From contig JBCCDS010000029.1 in the NCBI GenBank assembly GCA_039030655.1, positions 4,672-68,671 on the forward strand: 64,000 bases of DNA. Direction: 5' to 3'. The position numbers and the translations under genes are program-made. A model generated the notes under the pieces. It was not told the origin of the DNA and did not search any database. It saw only the letters and a list, made by a program, of their open reading frames with translations. This document shows, piece after piece, positions 27,810 through 37,597 of the stretch; position 1 is the first letter of the stretch; every line of letters begins with the position of its first letter. The DNA is from Bacteroidota bacterium (lineage in GTDB: Bacteria; Bacteroidota; Bacteroidia; Chitinophagales; Saprospiraceae).

Positions 27810-28616
27810 CTACACTTCAGCCTGCCCTAATTGCTGGGCTACGGTCTGAAAGTGATCGGGAAACTGCTGCTGAAACGATTTAGAATGGGTAAAGTACAAA
27901 ACTGTCGTCAAGGCAGCCCGATCTAGCTCGGCTAAACCGTGCCACTTTAGAGTAGCAGCCTCTTTGAAGCGGCTGACTGACTGTATTTGGTCCCATTCCA
28001 GTGCGGGCAATTCTACTTCCGGATAGGATAGTTGAAATGCCCGCGCGTATTCATAAAGCGCTAAATGCAGAAAATTATTGGATTCTACCGCCGATTGTAC
28101 CAAATCTGGCGTGCTAAAAATCAACACGCCATCACCAGCATGCAACTCACTAAGGTGAAGTTGTTGCTCTTGGGGGCTAGGAAAAGGATGTGGATAGCAG
28201 ACGACGGTACTAAAGTCATCGTAGACTGGTTCTTCTACGCCAAAATTGATTGTAGCGGCTGAGGCCGCAATTAATAAACGTACGTCTTCCGGCACTTTAG
28301 GCAGGGCCTGCCCGCGAAAGCTGGTAGCTTCCCGGTGCAAGAAGGCTCTGCGGCGAAACTCGCGTTTGCCGGGCTGATCCAACTGCTGATAAAAGGTAAA
28401 ATAATTGAGCAGCGGAGCAAAACGGGTGTCCAGATCAGGCGGGTAGCGCCGCCAATACCACCATTTGATCTGAGGCGCCAGCGCATAAACGATAGCTAAG
28501 CCCAGCAAAGGAGGAAGTGGCGCCCAACTGAAACGAGCTGCATCTTGACTGATGGCTAAAACCGCCAGAGCAGATAACATAAACAGTGGGACATAAAAAA
28601 AGCGAAGCGGGTTCAA
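27810..28616 (-). CDS. Membrane-anchored MtfA/M90-like protein with a degenerate zinc site
   Basis: 268 aa with two N-terminal TM segments. The body can be aligned by eye with MtfA (VRLLIAASAATINFG..., VCYPHPF), but the HExxH position reads YEYAR. Confidence 0.4.
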   Translation of the reverse strand: MNPLRFFYVPLFMLSALAVLAISQDAARFSWAPLPPLLGLAIVYALAPQIKWWYWRRYPPDLDTRFAPLLNYFTFYQQLDQPGKREFRRRAFLHREATSFRGQALPKVPEDVRLLIAASAATINFGVEEPVYDDFSTVVCYPHPFPSPQEQQLHLSELHAGDGVLIFSTPDLVQSAVESNNFLHLALYEYARAFQLSYPEVELPALEWDQIQSVSRFKEAATLKWHGLAELDRAALTTVLYFTHSKSFQQQFPDHFQTVAQQLGQAEV

Positions 28617-28715
28617 AAGCGCAGTTTTACGTAATCGGCTCCAAGTTAATCCAAACAGCCGGCATATAGGGTAACACCAAAATCTCTGAAAGTGACAAAA
28701 AAAGTGCCCGGAACT

Positions 28716-28745
28716 TTTGCCGTCCTAGAAAAGGTTGTAAATTTG
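28716..28745 (+). promoter_or_regulatory. Candidate Bacteroidota-type promoter (-33 TTTG, -7 TAAATTTG) for tRNA-Phe
   Basis: TTTG at 28716-28719 and TAAATTTG (TAnnTTTG consensus) at 28738-28745 with an 18-nt spacer, 33 nt upstream of the tRNA 5' end. Confidence 0.35.
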
Positions 28746-28777
28746 CCCCGCTTTAAGTAATAAAGCACAATCCAAAA

Positions 28778-28850
28778 GGTGCGGTAGCTCAGTTGGTAGA
28801 GCAATGGACTGAAAATCCATGTGTCGGCGGTTCGATTCCGCCCCACACCA
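28778..28850 (+). tRNA. tRNA-Phe (anticodon GAA)
   Basis: 73-nt cloverleaf: acceptor GGTGCGG/CCACACC (one C-A mismatch), D arm GCTCAGTTGGTAGAGC, anticodon stem ATGGA/TCCAT with loop CTGAAAA (GAA at 28811-28813), T arm GGCGG TTCGATT CCGCC. CCA is not encoded. Confidence 0.9.
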
Positions 28851-28868
28851 CCCAAACGAAAGAATAGT

Positions 28869-28928
28869 ATGCTTCAGCATCACCACCACTTGACTTTTCA
28901 GGCAGTTGCCCGGCGGCAGGTGGTGTAA
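28869..28928 (+). CDS. Candidate his-operon leader peptide (MLQHHHHLTFQAVARRQVV)
   Basis: 19-codon ORF with four consecutive His codons (CAT CAC CAC CAC, 28878-28889), 105 nt upstream of hisG and followed by a hairpin plus T-run. CACCACC (28881-28887) can pair with GGTGGTG (28919-28925). Confidence 0.5.
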   Translation: MLQHHHHLTFQAVARRQVV

Positions 28929-28958
28929 ACTTATTCTATCGTTACACAATTAATTAAA

Positions 28959-28991
28959 GGTTCGTCGGCAGTGCTGGCGGACCTTTTTTTA
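28959..28991 (+). terminator. Hairpin plus T7 run: candidate his attenuator and/or tRNA-Phe terminator
   Basis: GGTTCGTCGG pairs with CTGGCGGACC (10 bp including G-U pairs), followed by TTTTTTT at 28984-28990, 42 nt before the hisG GTG. Confidence 0.55.
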
Positions 28992-29032
28992 TGGCTCGAT
29001 GCTAGCACCCCCCGTTCCCAAAATCCCCACTC

Positions 29033-29887
29033 GTGAAACTAAAAATTGCTATTCAGAAGTCCGGTCGCTTGTTAGAAGACAGTATTCGTCTGCTTAAAGA
29101 GTGCGGTATTCGGATTGACAACGGCAAAGACCAGCTCAAAGCCAGCGCCCGCAACTTCCCGCTCGAAGTACTTTATTTACGCAATAGCGACATCCCCCAG
29201 TATATTGAAGATGGCGTAGCCGACGTGGCGATAATCGGCGAAAACACCCTCCTCGAAAAAGAGAAGGAAGTCGAAATCGTCGAAAAGCTCGGCTTCAGCA
29301 AATGTCGGCTTTCACTGGCCATCCCCCGCGGCAAAAGCTACACAAGCGTTCAGAGTCTGGCCGGGCAGCGGATTGCGACCTCCTACCCCAACTCCCTGCG
29401 CATCTATTTGAAAGAAGCAGGTGTAAGTGCTGATATCCACGAGATCAGCGGCTCAGTGGAAATTGCTCCCAACATCGGTTTGGCCGACGCCATCTGTGAC
29501 CTGGTATCAACGGGCTCTACCCTTTTCAAAAATGGCCTGGAAGAGTGTGAGGTCATCCTTAGATCTCAGGCCGTACTCGCTAAATCACCGCAAATCGGCC
29601 CCGAGCAGCAGGCCATTCTGGACAAATTGCTCTTTCGCCTCCGTTCTGTCCTAGCCGCCCGCGATAATCGCTATCTGTTGATGAATGCCCCCAACGAGCA
29701 GATCGACAATATCATTCGAATATTACCCGGCATGAAGGCTCCTACCGTTATGCCCTTGGCCACGGAGGGCTGGTCTAGCCTACATACGGTGATCGCCGAA
29801 GATCGGTTCTGGGAAATAATTGGCCAGTTACGTGAACTAGGGGCCGAAGGGATCCTTATTATTCCAATCGAAAAAATGATCCTCTAA
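29033..29887 (+). CDS. hisG: ATP phosphoribosyltransferase (long form)
   Basis: 284 aa with MKLKIAIQKSGRL, DLVSTGSTL and a C-terminal regulatory domain. GTG start. First gene of a his cluster. Confidence 0.9.
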   Translation: MKLKIAIQKSGRLLEDSIRLLKECGIRIDNGKDQLKASARNFPLEVLYLRNSDIPQYIEDGVADVAIIGENTLLEKEKEVEIVEKLGFSKCRLSLAIPRGKSYTSVQSLAGQRIATSYPNSLRIYLKEAGVSADIHEISGSVEIAPNIGLADAICDLVSTGSTLFKNGLEECEVILRSQAVLAKSPQIGPEQQAILDKLLFRLRSVLAARDNRYLLMNAPNEQIDNIIRILPGMKAPTVMPLATEGWSSLHTVIAEDRFWEIIGQLRELGAEGILIIPIEKMIL

Positions 29888-29891
29888 AATC

Positions 29892-31184
29892 ATGCAACTC
29901 CTTCAACAACTAGATCGTCGAGATTGGACATCCGTGCTTCAGCGCCCTGCCAAAGACCTCAGTCAGCTTCAAAGCCCCGTCAAGGAGATTATGCAAGCCG
30001 TGCGGGATGGAGGCGATGCTGCCGTGCGGGATTTTACTGCCCGTTTTGATGGCGTTGAGGTCGATAGCCTTCGGGTACCCCAGGAACAGTTAGCAAAGGC
30101 AGGACAACAATTGAGCTCCGATTTACGGGAGGCCATTCAAATAGCGAAGGCCAATATTGAAGCCTTTCACCGCGCTCAACTGACCAATCCGCAACCTCTT
30201 GAGACGATGCCGGGGGTAAGCTGCTGGCGCAAGCAAGTAGGCATTGACAAGGTAGGGCTGTACATTCCCGGTGGCACCGCTCCGCTTTTCAGCTCCGTAC
30301 TGATGTTAGCCATTCCGGCCGTGATTGCCGGCTGTCAGGAAATTGTGCTCTGCTCCCCCCCACAGAAGGATGGCCAGATTCATCCAGCTACTTTGTACGC
30401 AGCACATTTGTGTGGACTTCCGCAGGTGTATCGTATCGGCGGAGCTCAAGCCATTGCTGCGATGACCTACGGAACAGAATCAGTACCCGCCGTTTATAAA
30501 CTTTTTGGCCCTGGAAATGCCTACGTTACGGTGGCTAAACAGCTGGCCTTTCTAGATGGCCTCGCCATTGATATGCCGGCAGGGCCTAGCGAAGTACTCG
30601 TTTGTGCTGATCAGGGTGCTAACCCAGCCTTCGTTGCCGCTGATTTGCTCAGTCAGGCTGAGCACGGCAGCGATTCTCAGGTGGTCCTACTGACCTTCGA
30701 TCTAGCGCACAGCAAGGCTATCCTACAAGAAATTGACCGGCAGCTTGCCGCACTCCCTCGTCGGGAAATGGCCGCTGCTTCGCTCAGCAATAGTGTAGCC
30801 ATTGTGGTCAATAGCCAGGAAGAAGCCGCCGAACTCATCAATCACTACGCGCCGGAGCACTTGATTCTCAGTATGACCAATGCCCGGCAATTTGCTGAAA
30901 GCATCCGCAATGCCGGTTCGATATTTCTGGGCTATTACACGCCTGAAAGTGTTGGTGACTACGCCTCTGGCACCAACCATACCCTACCGACTTACGGCTA
31001 TGCGCGCCAGTACAGTGGCGTGAGCCTGGACTCTTTTGTCAAGCAGATCACTTTTCAAGAGTTGACGCCTGCAGGACTGCAATCACTGGGTCCTGCGGTA
31101 GCAACACTGGCCGAAGCAGAAGGTCTAGCTGCCCACCGATCGGCCGTAAGTCTTCGTTTAGCGGCTTTAAAAGTCAAGCCCTAA
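29892..31184 (+). CDS. hisD: Histidinol dehydrogenase
   Basis: 430 aa with IGGAQAIAAMTYGT, SQAEHGSDSQ and DYASGTNHTLPT signatures. Confidence 0.92.
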   Translation: MQLLQQLDRRDWTSVLQRPAKDLSQLQSPVKEIMQAVRDGGDAAVRDFTARFDGVEVDSLRVPQEQLAKAGQQLSSDLREAIQIAKANIEAFHRAQLTNPQPLETMPGVSCWRKQVGIDKVGLYIPGGTAPLFSSVLMLAIPAVIAGCQEIVLCSPPQKDGQIHPATLYAAHLCGLPQVYRIGGAQAIAAMTYGTESVPAVYKLFGPGNAYVTVAKQLAFLDGLAIDMPAGPSEVLVCADQGANPAFVAADLLSQAEHGSDSQVVLLTFDLAHSKAILQEIDRQLAALPRREMAAASLSNSVAIVVNSQEEAAELINHYAPEHLILSMTNARQFAESIRNAGSIFLGYYTPESVGDYASGTNHTLPTYGYARQYSGVSLDSFVKQITFQELTPAGLQSLGPAVATLAEAEGLAAHRSAVSLRLAALKVKP

Positions 31185-31257
31185 CTCAACCAAGCTAGCC
31201 CCCAAGCTGAGGGTATCATTAAAATACCAGGGCATCGGGCCCACCAAATAAACAAGC

Positions 31258-32316
31258 ATGACCACCACCAACATTCAATGGACCGACACCGCTATCCGCC
31301 AACTGGTCCGTCCTAACATCCTCAATCTTAAAGCTTACAGCAGTGCCCGTTCCGAATTTAAGGGTAAAGCAGAAGTTTTAATGGATGCCAACGAGAGCCC
31401 TTTTGAAACGGGTATGAATCGCTACCCCGACCCCTTGGCAACTGAGATTCGACTGGAGTTAGCCCGCATAAAGGCAGTCGAACCGTCACAAATTATGCTG
31501 GGCAACGGCAGTGACGAACTGGTCGACTACGTAACCAGAATTTTCTGCCGCCCCGGCGAAGATGCCGTAATAGCGCTGCCACCAACTTTTGGCATGTATA
31601 AAGTCGCTGCTGGCCTCAATGATGCCGAATTCGTCTCCATCCCCTTGACTCCCGACTTCCAGCTGCCCGTGGCCCAAATAGAAGCTGCGATTACGGAGCG
31701 CACTAAGGTGCTCTGGATTTGTAGCCCCAACAATCCTAGTGGAAACCTGATGAAGCGTGAAGAGGTAGCGTATTTGCTGCGGATCTTTCCGGGCATTGTC
31801 GTTATTGATGAAGCTTACGTAGAGTACACTCCTGAAGATTCCTTCATCCCTGAACTTGAAAAATACCCTAACCTCATTATTACCCAGACGCTGTCAAAAG
31901 CTTGGGGATTGGCCGGTATTCGCCTGGGCGCAGCCTATTCCAGCGAGCTCATCACCGGATTTATGCGGACGATTAAGCCTCCCTACAATGTCAATATCCT
32001 AACGCAAAAGGAAGCCTTAAAACAACTGCTACAGCCCGCTAAAATGCAGGAACGCGTTGAGTTTTTAGTTAGTGAACGTCAGCGCCTAGCTGCGGCCTTG
32101 GAAAAGTTAGGCTGTGTCGAACACATCTTCCCTTCGGTCACCAATTTCTTGCTTGTACGCTTTACCAACGGTCAGGCAGTTTATGAGCATTTGCTCGGTG
32201 AAGGCATTGTGGTCAGAAACCAAACCCAACAACCCAATTGTGCCAATTGCTTACGCATTACTGTGGGTACTGCGGAAGAAAACGAACGCTTCCTAAAGCG
32301 CTTAAGCGAGTTTTAA
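31258..32316 (+). CDS. hisC: Histidinol-phosphate aminotransferase
   Basis: 352 aa class II aminotransferase with NPNNPSGN-like CSPNNPSGN and the TLSKAWGLAGIRLG PLP-lysine motif. Confidence 0.9.
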   Translation: MTTTNIQWTDTAIRQLVRPNILNLKAYSSARSEFKGKAEVLMDANESPFETGMNRYPDPLATEIRLELARIKAVEPSQIMLGNGSDELVDYVTRIFCRPGEDAVIALPPTFGMYKVAAGLNDAEFVSIPLTPDFQLPVAQIEAAITERTKVLWICSPNNPSGNLMKREEVAYLLRIFPGIVVIDEAYVEYTPEDSFIPELEKYPNLIITQTLSKAWGLAGIRLGAAYSSELITGFMRTIKPPYNVNILTQKEALKQLLQPAKMQERVEFLVSERQRLAAALEKLGCVEHIFPSVTNFLLVRFTNGQAVYEHLLGEGIVVRNQTQQPNCANCLRITVGTAEENERFLKRLSEF

Positions 32317-32378
32317 TCATCCAATCGTTGCGTTCGTTGCGCTTCTGCGTTGTGTTCGTTGCGTGAAATAAGCTACTC

Positions 32379-33515
32379 ATGCAGAAAGTACTTTTTATCG
32401 ACCGCGACGGTACCCTGGCCCTAGAGCCTGCCGACTATCAGCTCGACCGATTGGATAAGCTGGAGTTTTACCCTGGCGTATTTCGGTGGATGGGCCGCAT
32501 TGCTAGGGAGCTAGATTATCGCCTGGTCATGGTTACTAACCAAGACGGTCTCGGTACAGAAAGCTTCCCGGAAGCTGACTTTTGGCCAGCTCATAACTTC
32601 ATCCTGAAGGCGCTAGAAAATGAAGGCGTTGTTTTTGATGAGATCGTAATTGATCGGACCTTCGCCAGGGACAATAAGCCTAGTCGTAAACCTGGCACAG
32701 CTTTACTAACTCATTATCTGAACGGAGATTACGACCTCACCAATAGCTATGTACTGGGCGATCGACTCACGGACATGCAACTAGCCAAAAATCTAGGTAG
32801 TAAAGGTATTTGGATAGCTACCGACCCTGAGCTGGCTACTGATGAGCTAAGTCAAGAGCAAATCAAACAGTTAGATACCACCATCGCCCTACGCACTACC
32901 GACTGGGAGGATATCTACCGGGAGCTAAGGCTAGCCAGCCGAACCGCCAAAGTACAACGAACGACCAAGGAAACCAATATTCTAATCGAACTAGATCTAG
33001 ATGGCAACGGCCAGACAACAATCGATACCGGACTAGGCTTTTTCGACCATATGCTTGATCAGTTAGGGCGACACAGTGGTTGCGATCTTCGGGTGCAAGT
33101 AAAGGGCGATCTAAACATCGATGAGCATCACACTATCGAAGACACCGCCCTGGCCTTGGGAGAAGCTTTTAAGCAAGCCTTGGGCGACAAATTAGGGATT
33201 CAACGCTACGGTTATTGCCTGCCAATGGACGACGTACTGGCCCAGGTTGCTCTTGATTTGGGGGGGCGGCCCTGGCTGGTCTGGGAAGCAGAATATCGAC
33301 GCGAAAAGATCGGAGACATGCCCACTGAAATGTTCTTCCATTTTTTCAAATCTTTCACCGATACCGCTCAGTGTAACCTCAATATTAAAGTAGCAGGCGA
33401 CAATGAGCACCACAAGATAGAGGGCACCTTCAAAGCCTTGGCCAAGGCCATTGGCATGGCGAAACGCCGAGACGTGGACAACATGCAGCTACCCAGCACT
33501 AAGGGCTTATTATGA
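32379..33515 (+). CDS. hisB: Bifunctional histidinol-phosphatase / imidazoleglycerol-phosphate dehydratase
   Basis: 378 aa with an N-terminal HAD motif FIDRDGTL and a C-terminal IGPD with DEHHTIED and [14 protein letters not shown] motifs. Confidence 0.9.
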   Translation: MQKVLFIDRDGTLALEPADYQLDRLDKLEFYPGVFRWMGRIARELDYRLVMVTNQDGLGTESFPEADFWPAHNFILKALENEGVVFDEIVIDRTFARDNKPSRKPGTALLTHYLNGDYDLTNSYVLGDRLTDMQLAKNLGSKGIWIATDPELATDELSQEQIKQLDTTIALRTTDWEDIYRELRLASRTAKVQRTTKETNILIELDLDGNGQTTIDTGLGFFDHMLDQLGRHSGCDLRVQVKGDLNIDEHHTIEDTALALGEAFKQALGDKLGIQRYGYCLPMDDVLAQVALDLGGRPWLVWEAEYRREKIGDMPTEMFFHFFKSFTDTAQCNLNIKVAGDNEHHKIEGTFKALAKAIGMAKRRDVDNMQLPSTKGLL

Positions 33516-33555
33516 TACCTCGCTTAGCCAAATACAGCAGATTTCAACCGACCAC

Positions 33556-34149
33556 ATGATCGCAGTAATTGATTACAACGCGGGAAACATCCGATCAGTG
33601 CTTTATGCGCTGGATCGATTAAATGCAGATTATCAGCTGACGGCGGATCATCAGCAGATTCGAGCAGCCGATAAAGTAATTTTTCCCGGCGTCGGCGCCG
33701 CAGGTTCTGCAATGGCTCACTTGAGAAAAACCGGATTGGACGAAGTCATCAAAGGCCTCCAACAACCCACCTTTGGTGTTTGCGTGGGTATGCAATTACT
33801 CTGTAACTATTCCGAAGAAAATGCAACGGACTGCCTGGGTATTTTCCCAGAAAGTGTTCGAAAATTCCAGCCTCAGCAAGGCGAAAAAGTCCCCCATATG
33901 GGCTGGAACACCATCGAGCTGAGTGATAATAACGACTGGGTAAGTCCCGAACTGAACGGTCAGTATTGCTACTATGTGCACAGTTATTACGTAGAATCCA
34001 GTCCGTACTGCTCCGCTACGACCAACTACTGTGGCCGTTTCAGTGCCATGCTGCACAAGGATAATTTCTACGCCGCCCAGTTCCACCCGGAAAAAAGTGC
34101 TAGGGCCGGCGAACGGATCCTTCAGGATTTTCTACAGCTAGGACATTAA
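33556..34149 (+). CDS. hisH: Imidazole glycerol phosphate synthase, glutamine amidotransferase subunit
   Basis: Start trimmed to the ATG at 33556 (MIAVIDYNAGNIRSV). Catalytic GVCVGMQLL and the FHPEKS motif are present. The longer ORF-track start overlaps hisB. Confidence 0.9.
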   Translation: MIAVIDYNAGNIRSVLYALDRLNADYQLTADHQQIRAADKVIFPGVGAAGSAMAHLRKTGLDEVIKGLQQPTFGVCVGMQLLCNYSEENATDCLGIFPESVRKFQPQQGEKVPHMGWNTIELSDNNDWVSPELNGQYCYYVHSYYVESSPYCSATTNYCGRFSAMLHKDNFYAAQFHPEKSARAGERILQDFLQLGH

Positions 34150-34170
34150 TTACCGCTCTAAATTCCAACT

Positions 34171-34902
34171 ATGCTCATCATTCCCGCAATCGATATAATT
34201 GACGGCCAGTGTGTGCGACTAACCCAGGGTGACTATGCACAAAAAAAAGTCTACAATGAAGACCCCGTGGAAGTCGCCAAAGCCTTTGAGGCAGCCGGAT
34301 TGACCCAGCTACATGTGGTTGATCTAGACGGCGCTCGCGGAGGAGGTATCGTCAACTACAAAGTACTAGAGCGGATTGCCAGTAATACCCAGCTGCATAT
34401 CGATTGGGGAGGAGGCATGAAAACGGACGACGATCTGCGCATTGCCTTTGAAAGTGGAGCGCAGCAAGTAACCGGCGGTACCATTGCCGTAAAGCAGCCC
34501 GAAGTCTTTCTGAATTGGCTAGAACGATACGGGGTCGAACGGATCATCCTCGGGGCAGACGTCAGAGGTCAATATATTGCAGTAAGCGGATGGGAAGAAT
34601 CCAGTGAGCGGGAGCTATTCGAGTTTTTGGCGGACTACGTAGCTCGCGGTGTTCGCTACACCATCTGTACGGACGTAGCTAAAGATGGTCTCCTGCAGGG
34701 TACTGCTCGAGAGCTGTACGCCCAAATCAGAGAAGCGCAGCCAGCACTAAAATTAATTGCTAGTGGAGGGGTCACTGATGTGGCGGATCTGGAAGACCTG
34801 CGGAAGTCCAAATGCTACGGAGCGATCGTGGGAAAAGCAATCTACGAGGGGAGAATAAGCCTGTCCACACTAGCTGATTTTTCAAGTACACCAAACCACT
34901 AG
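34171..34902 (+). CDS. hisA: Phosphoribosylformimino-AICAR-P isomerase
   Basis: 243 aa with [25 protein letters not shown] and [11 protein letters not shown] motifs. Confidence 0.9.
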   Translation: MLIIPAIDIIDGQCVRLTQGDYAQKKVYNEDPVEVAKAFEAAGLTQLHVVDLDGARGGGIVNYKVLERIASNTQLHIDWGGGMKTDDDLRIAFESGAQQVTGGTIAVKQPEVFLNWLERYGVERIILGADVRGQYIAVSGWEESSERELFEFLADYVARGVRYTICTDVAKDGLLQGTARELYAQIREAQPALKLIASGGVTDVADLEDLRKSKCYGAIVGKAIYEGRISLSTLADFSSTPNH

Positions 34903-34910
34903 ATAAAAGT

Positions 34911-35666
34911 ATGCTAGCTAAACGCATCATCCCTTGTCTCGATATTAAGGACGGCCGTACAGTCAAAGGCGTCAATTTTGTAGCCTTGCGCGATGCCGGC
35001 GACCCCGTAGAACTTGGCGCAAAATATAGCGAAGCCGGTGCCGACGAGCTGGTTTTTCTAGACATCACAGCTACACACGAAAAGCGTAAGACCCTGGCAG
35101 CGCTGGCTAAAGACATTGCCCGGCATCTGAACATCCCTTTTACCATCGGTGGCGGAATTAAGGCCATGGAAGACGTAGATGTACTGCTGGATGCCGGGGC
35201 CGATAAGATCAGCATCAACTCCGCTGCGGTACGCCGGCCCGAGTTGATCGACGACTTAGCCTACGGTTTTGGCAGTCAGTTTGTGGTGGTCGCTATCGAC
35301 GCTAAGCAAATCGACGGTGAATGGTTCGTTCATCTTAATGGTGGGCGCTTGGCTACGGAACATAGACTCTTCGACTGGGCCCACGAAGCCCAGGAAAGAG
35401 GCGCTGGAGAAATACTATTCACCAGCATGGATCACGATGGTACTAAGGCAGGATTTGCCCTGGAGGCTACGGCTCGCTTGAGCGAAGAGCTGGCCATTCC
35501 CATCATCGCTAGTGGTGGGGCCGGGCAGGTAGATCACTTTGTGGACGTGTTCACTCATGGTAAAGCCGATGCCGGGCTGGCCGCCAGTATCTTTCACTTT
35601 GGTGAAATAGGGATAGCACCCCTCAAACAAGAATTGGCTCGTAAAGGGATTCCCGTCAGGGATTAA
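34911..35666 (+). CDS. hisF: Imidazole glycerol phosphate synthase, cyclase subunit
   Basis: 251 aa with [41 protein letters not shown] and ASIFHFGE motifs. Confidence 0.92.
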   Translation: MLAKRIIPCLDIKDGRTVKGVNFVALRDAGDPVELGAKYSEAGADELVFLDITATHEKRKTLAALAKDIARHLNIPFTIGGGIKAMEDVDVLLDAGADKISINSAAVRRPELIDDLAYGFGSQFVVVAIDAKQIDGEWFVHLNGGRLATEHRLFDWAHEAQERGAGEILFTSMDHDGTKAGFALEATARLSEELAIPIIASGGAGQVDHFVDVFTHGKADAGLAASIFHFGEIGIAPLKQELARKGIPVRD

Positions 35667-36103
35667 AGGACATCACTTAAAATGGCGTAGGCATAAAAGA
35701 TAATGATTATGATAAGGAAAATGCCCCAAAAGCGAAAGAGGGCCAAAACACCAGCACTCATTTTATGTAGGCTTTCGCGACTACTACCTCCTTCGCCCAA
35801 TTGTCTGGCAGCATTTCCAAAAACAAAGTACCAGTAGATCAGAAAGATGTTGATCGCGAAGCCGATGACTATCGTAATAATGGATGTGCTATCAAAGATG
35901 CTGAAATAGGCGGACCTCATTGAGCTTAGACTACTAATAAAGTTGTAGCCACTGTAAAGCATAGTTAGTAAAATGACTCCGCCTAAAAAGATCGACCAGC
36001 CCCCCGCTACATTGAGGTTAGCGCGATCGAAGTTATTGAGCTTAGTTTCTTCGTCTAGTAGAGAAGATTGATAAACAGGCTGATTATTTTCAGGTTCTAG
36101 CAT
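35663..36103 (-). CDS. Small polytopic membrane protein, paralog 4 of a tandem family
   Basis: 146 aa starting MLE, with a short polar N-terminus, then [13 protein letters not shown] and further TM segments. Its stop overlaps the hisF stop by 4 nt (convergent). Confidence 0.65.
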   Translation of the reverse strand: MLEPENNQPVYQSSLLDEETKLNNFDRANLNVAGGWSIFLGGVILLTMLYSGYNFISSLSSMRSAYFSIFDSTSIITIVIGFAINIFLIYWYFVFGNAARQLGEGGSSRESLHKMSAGVLALFRFWGIFLIIIIIFYAYAILSDVL

Positions 36104-36106
36104 GGC

Positions 36107-36559
36107 CTAGTAATTGTAGTAACTGTACTGATTGACAAGATAGAGGTAGGTGAAAATTCCAAGCAAGGCCATCAATAAAGTGACTACGCCGAAGGTAACG
36201 AAGGCTCTCTTTAAGCCAATACAGACATCTGCCACTTTTCTTTGCGTAAGTGCCCCCCAACGTAGAGCGCGGGTAGCGCTTGCCAATACTTGTAATTGAC
36301 GGCCGACAATAAATAATAAGCCGACAAACATTAGGTAAAAAATCAGATAAAGCAAGCCGTCTCCTCGTACTACCCCATCACCTTCTATGACTAAGGCGTA
36401 GAGAATGATCAGTATAAGCAGACTACCAAGGATATAAAGCAGGATTGAGATAAAGTTGATCCAGCCGCTGGCTTTGACTAAGCGTGAGACGGTTAGCAGG
36501 TCAAAAGCGCCTTTGCCGGAAAATTGGCTATCGTCTAATAATTGTTCTTGTTCGAGCAT
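36107..36559 (-). CDS. Small polytopic membrane protein, paralog 3
   Basis: 150 aa starting MLE, with ASGWINFISILLYILG, the same topology, and a central charged loop (ATRALRWGALTQRK). Only 3 nt separate it from paralog 4. Confidence 0.65.
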   Translation of the reverse strand: MLEQEQLLDDSQFSGKGAFDLLTVSRLVKASGWINFISILLYILGSLLILIILYALVIEGDGVVRGDGLLYLIFYLMFVGLLFIVGRQLQVLASATRALRWGALTQRKVADVCIGLKRAFVTFGVVTLLMALLGIFTYLYLVNQYSYYNY

Positions 36560-36593
36560 GGATATTAGGGGTTAGTGTAGGGTGGAAGGCTAC

Positions 36594-37073
36594 TTACTTC
36601 ATGAGGTTGAGCATCCAATAGAAGTTCCAGTAAAAATAAATCAGGATGAAGAGAAAAATAAAGACCGTTCCCCCGATAAAGATGGTCTGCGCACGAAAGG
36701 ACTGCCAAAGGTTATCGAGCATCCGTGCTATGCCTTGCTCACTCTGAGCGTTACCGATAACATCGGCATCTCTTCCGAATTGTAAAGTCTTGAAATAATA
36801 AATGACCTGAAATACGATAATGAGCAAATAAGAAATGATTAAGACTGTGAACAAGCCCCCCAGCATGCGGAATACTTGTAAAAACTCATCGCCATTAATG
36901 GGGCCAATATTGAAGATGTTTAATAGAATCCGTAAGAGGAAAATTCCCATTAAAATCAAGCCGGTAATCCCGATGAAGCGGGCCCAGGCTCCTGAGGTAC
37001 GGAGTGATTGAAGAGCGACCTGACTAAGTCCTTTTTCTTCACTAGCCGGGTTAGCAGATGATTCGCCTAACAT
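36594..37073 (-). CDS. Small polytopic membrane protein, paralog 2
   Basis: 159 aa starting MLG, with SGAWARFIGITGLILMG and the same architecture. Confidence 0.65.
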   Translation of the reverse strand: MLGESSANPASEEKGLSQVALQSLRTSGAWARFIGITGLILMGIFLLRILLNIFNIGPINGDEFLQVFRMLGGLFTVLIISYLLIIVFQVIYYFKTLQFGRDADVIGNAQSEQGIARMLDNLWQSFRAQTIFIGGTVFIFLFILIYFYWNFYWMLNLMK

Positions 37074-37100
37074 ATTGATCTAATTTAAAAGGTAGTGGAA

Positions 37101-37559
37101 TTAGGTGAGCTTATCAATCACGAAGGAAAGTAAGCTGTAGGCAATTAATACGGCAAAGGAGATGCCCAGTATTTTGAAGTAGGTCGCTAGCTCCTCCAGG
37201 GCAAATTCTAGCTGTTGTTTACTAGCAATTTGGGCGGCCTGATGTGCCTTATTGGCAAATTGGATCAATTTTGAAGCCAGGATGATTGACACCACAAAAA
37301 GGCCGAAGTAAAACAACAACAAAAGCCAGGCCTGAGGCGAGTCAATGGAGCTGAATATATCAGATAGCGGTAAGCCGAAGCGTAAAGCGATGTAAGCAAC
37401 CAGGAGAAAGATGACTCCCCAGAAACCGAGAATGGCTATTCCAGCCCAGCGCGCCCACTTACTGACCAGAACGAGTCGTTGCAAATTAGCGTGACCCAAG
37501 GCAGTCTGAGATTCTTCCATAGGGGCATCCATCGGCCCCGAATCGTAATTTTCCAACAT
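37101..37559 (-). CDS. Small polytopic membrane protein, paralog 1
   Basis: 152 aa starting MLE, with SKWARWAGIAILGFWG and the same architecture. Its start is 38 nt from the divergent hisIE start. Confidence 0.65.
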   Translation of the reverse strand: MLENYDSGPMDAPMEESQTALGHANLQRLVLVSKWARWAGIAILGFWGVIFLLVAYIALRFGLPLSDIFSSIDSPQAWLLLLFYFGLFVVSIILASKLIQFANKAHQAAQIASKQQLEFALEELATYFKILGISFAVLIAYSLLSFVIDKLT

Positions 37560-37570
37560 AGGGTTTTGAT

Positions 37571-37578
37571 TAACTTTG
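37571..37578 (+). promoter_or_regulatory. Candidate -7 box TAACTTTG for hisIE
   Basis: Matches the Bacteroidota TAnnTTTG consensus, 20 nt upstream of the hisIE ATG, within the 38-nt divergent spacer. Confidence 0.3.
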
Positions 37579-37597
37579 TGCCAAGTTAGTAAAGTGT

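Noticed and set aside
28617-29032. Integrated element or genomic island at tRNA-Phe.
   Set aside because: There is no integrase, no direct repeat of the tRNA 3' end, and the his operon follows immediately.
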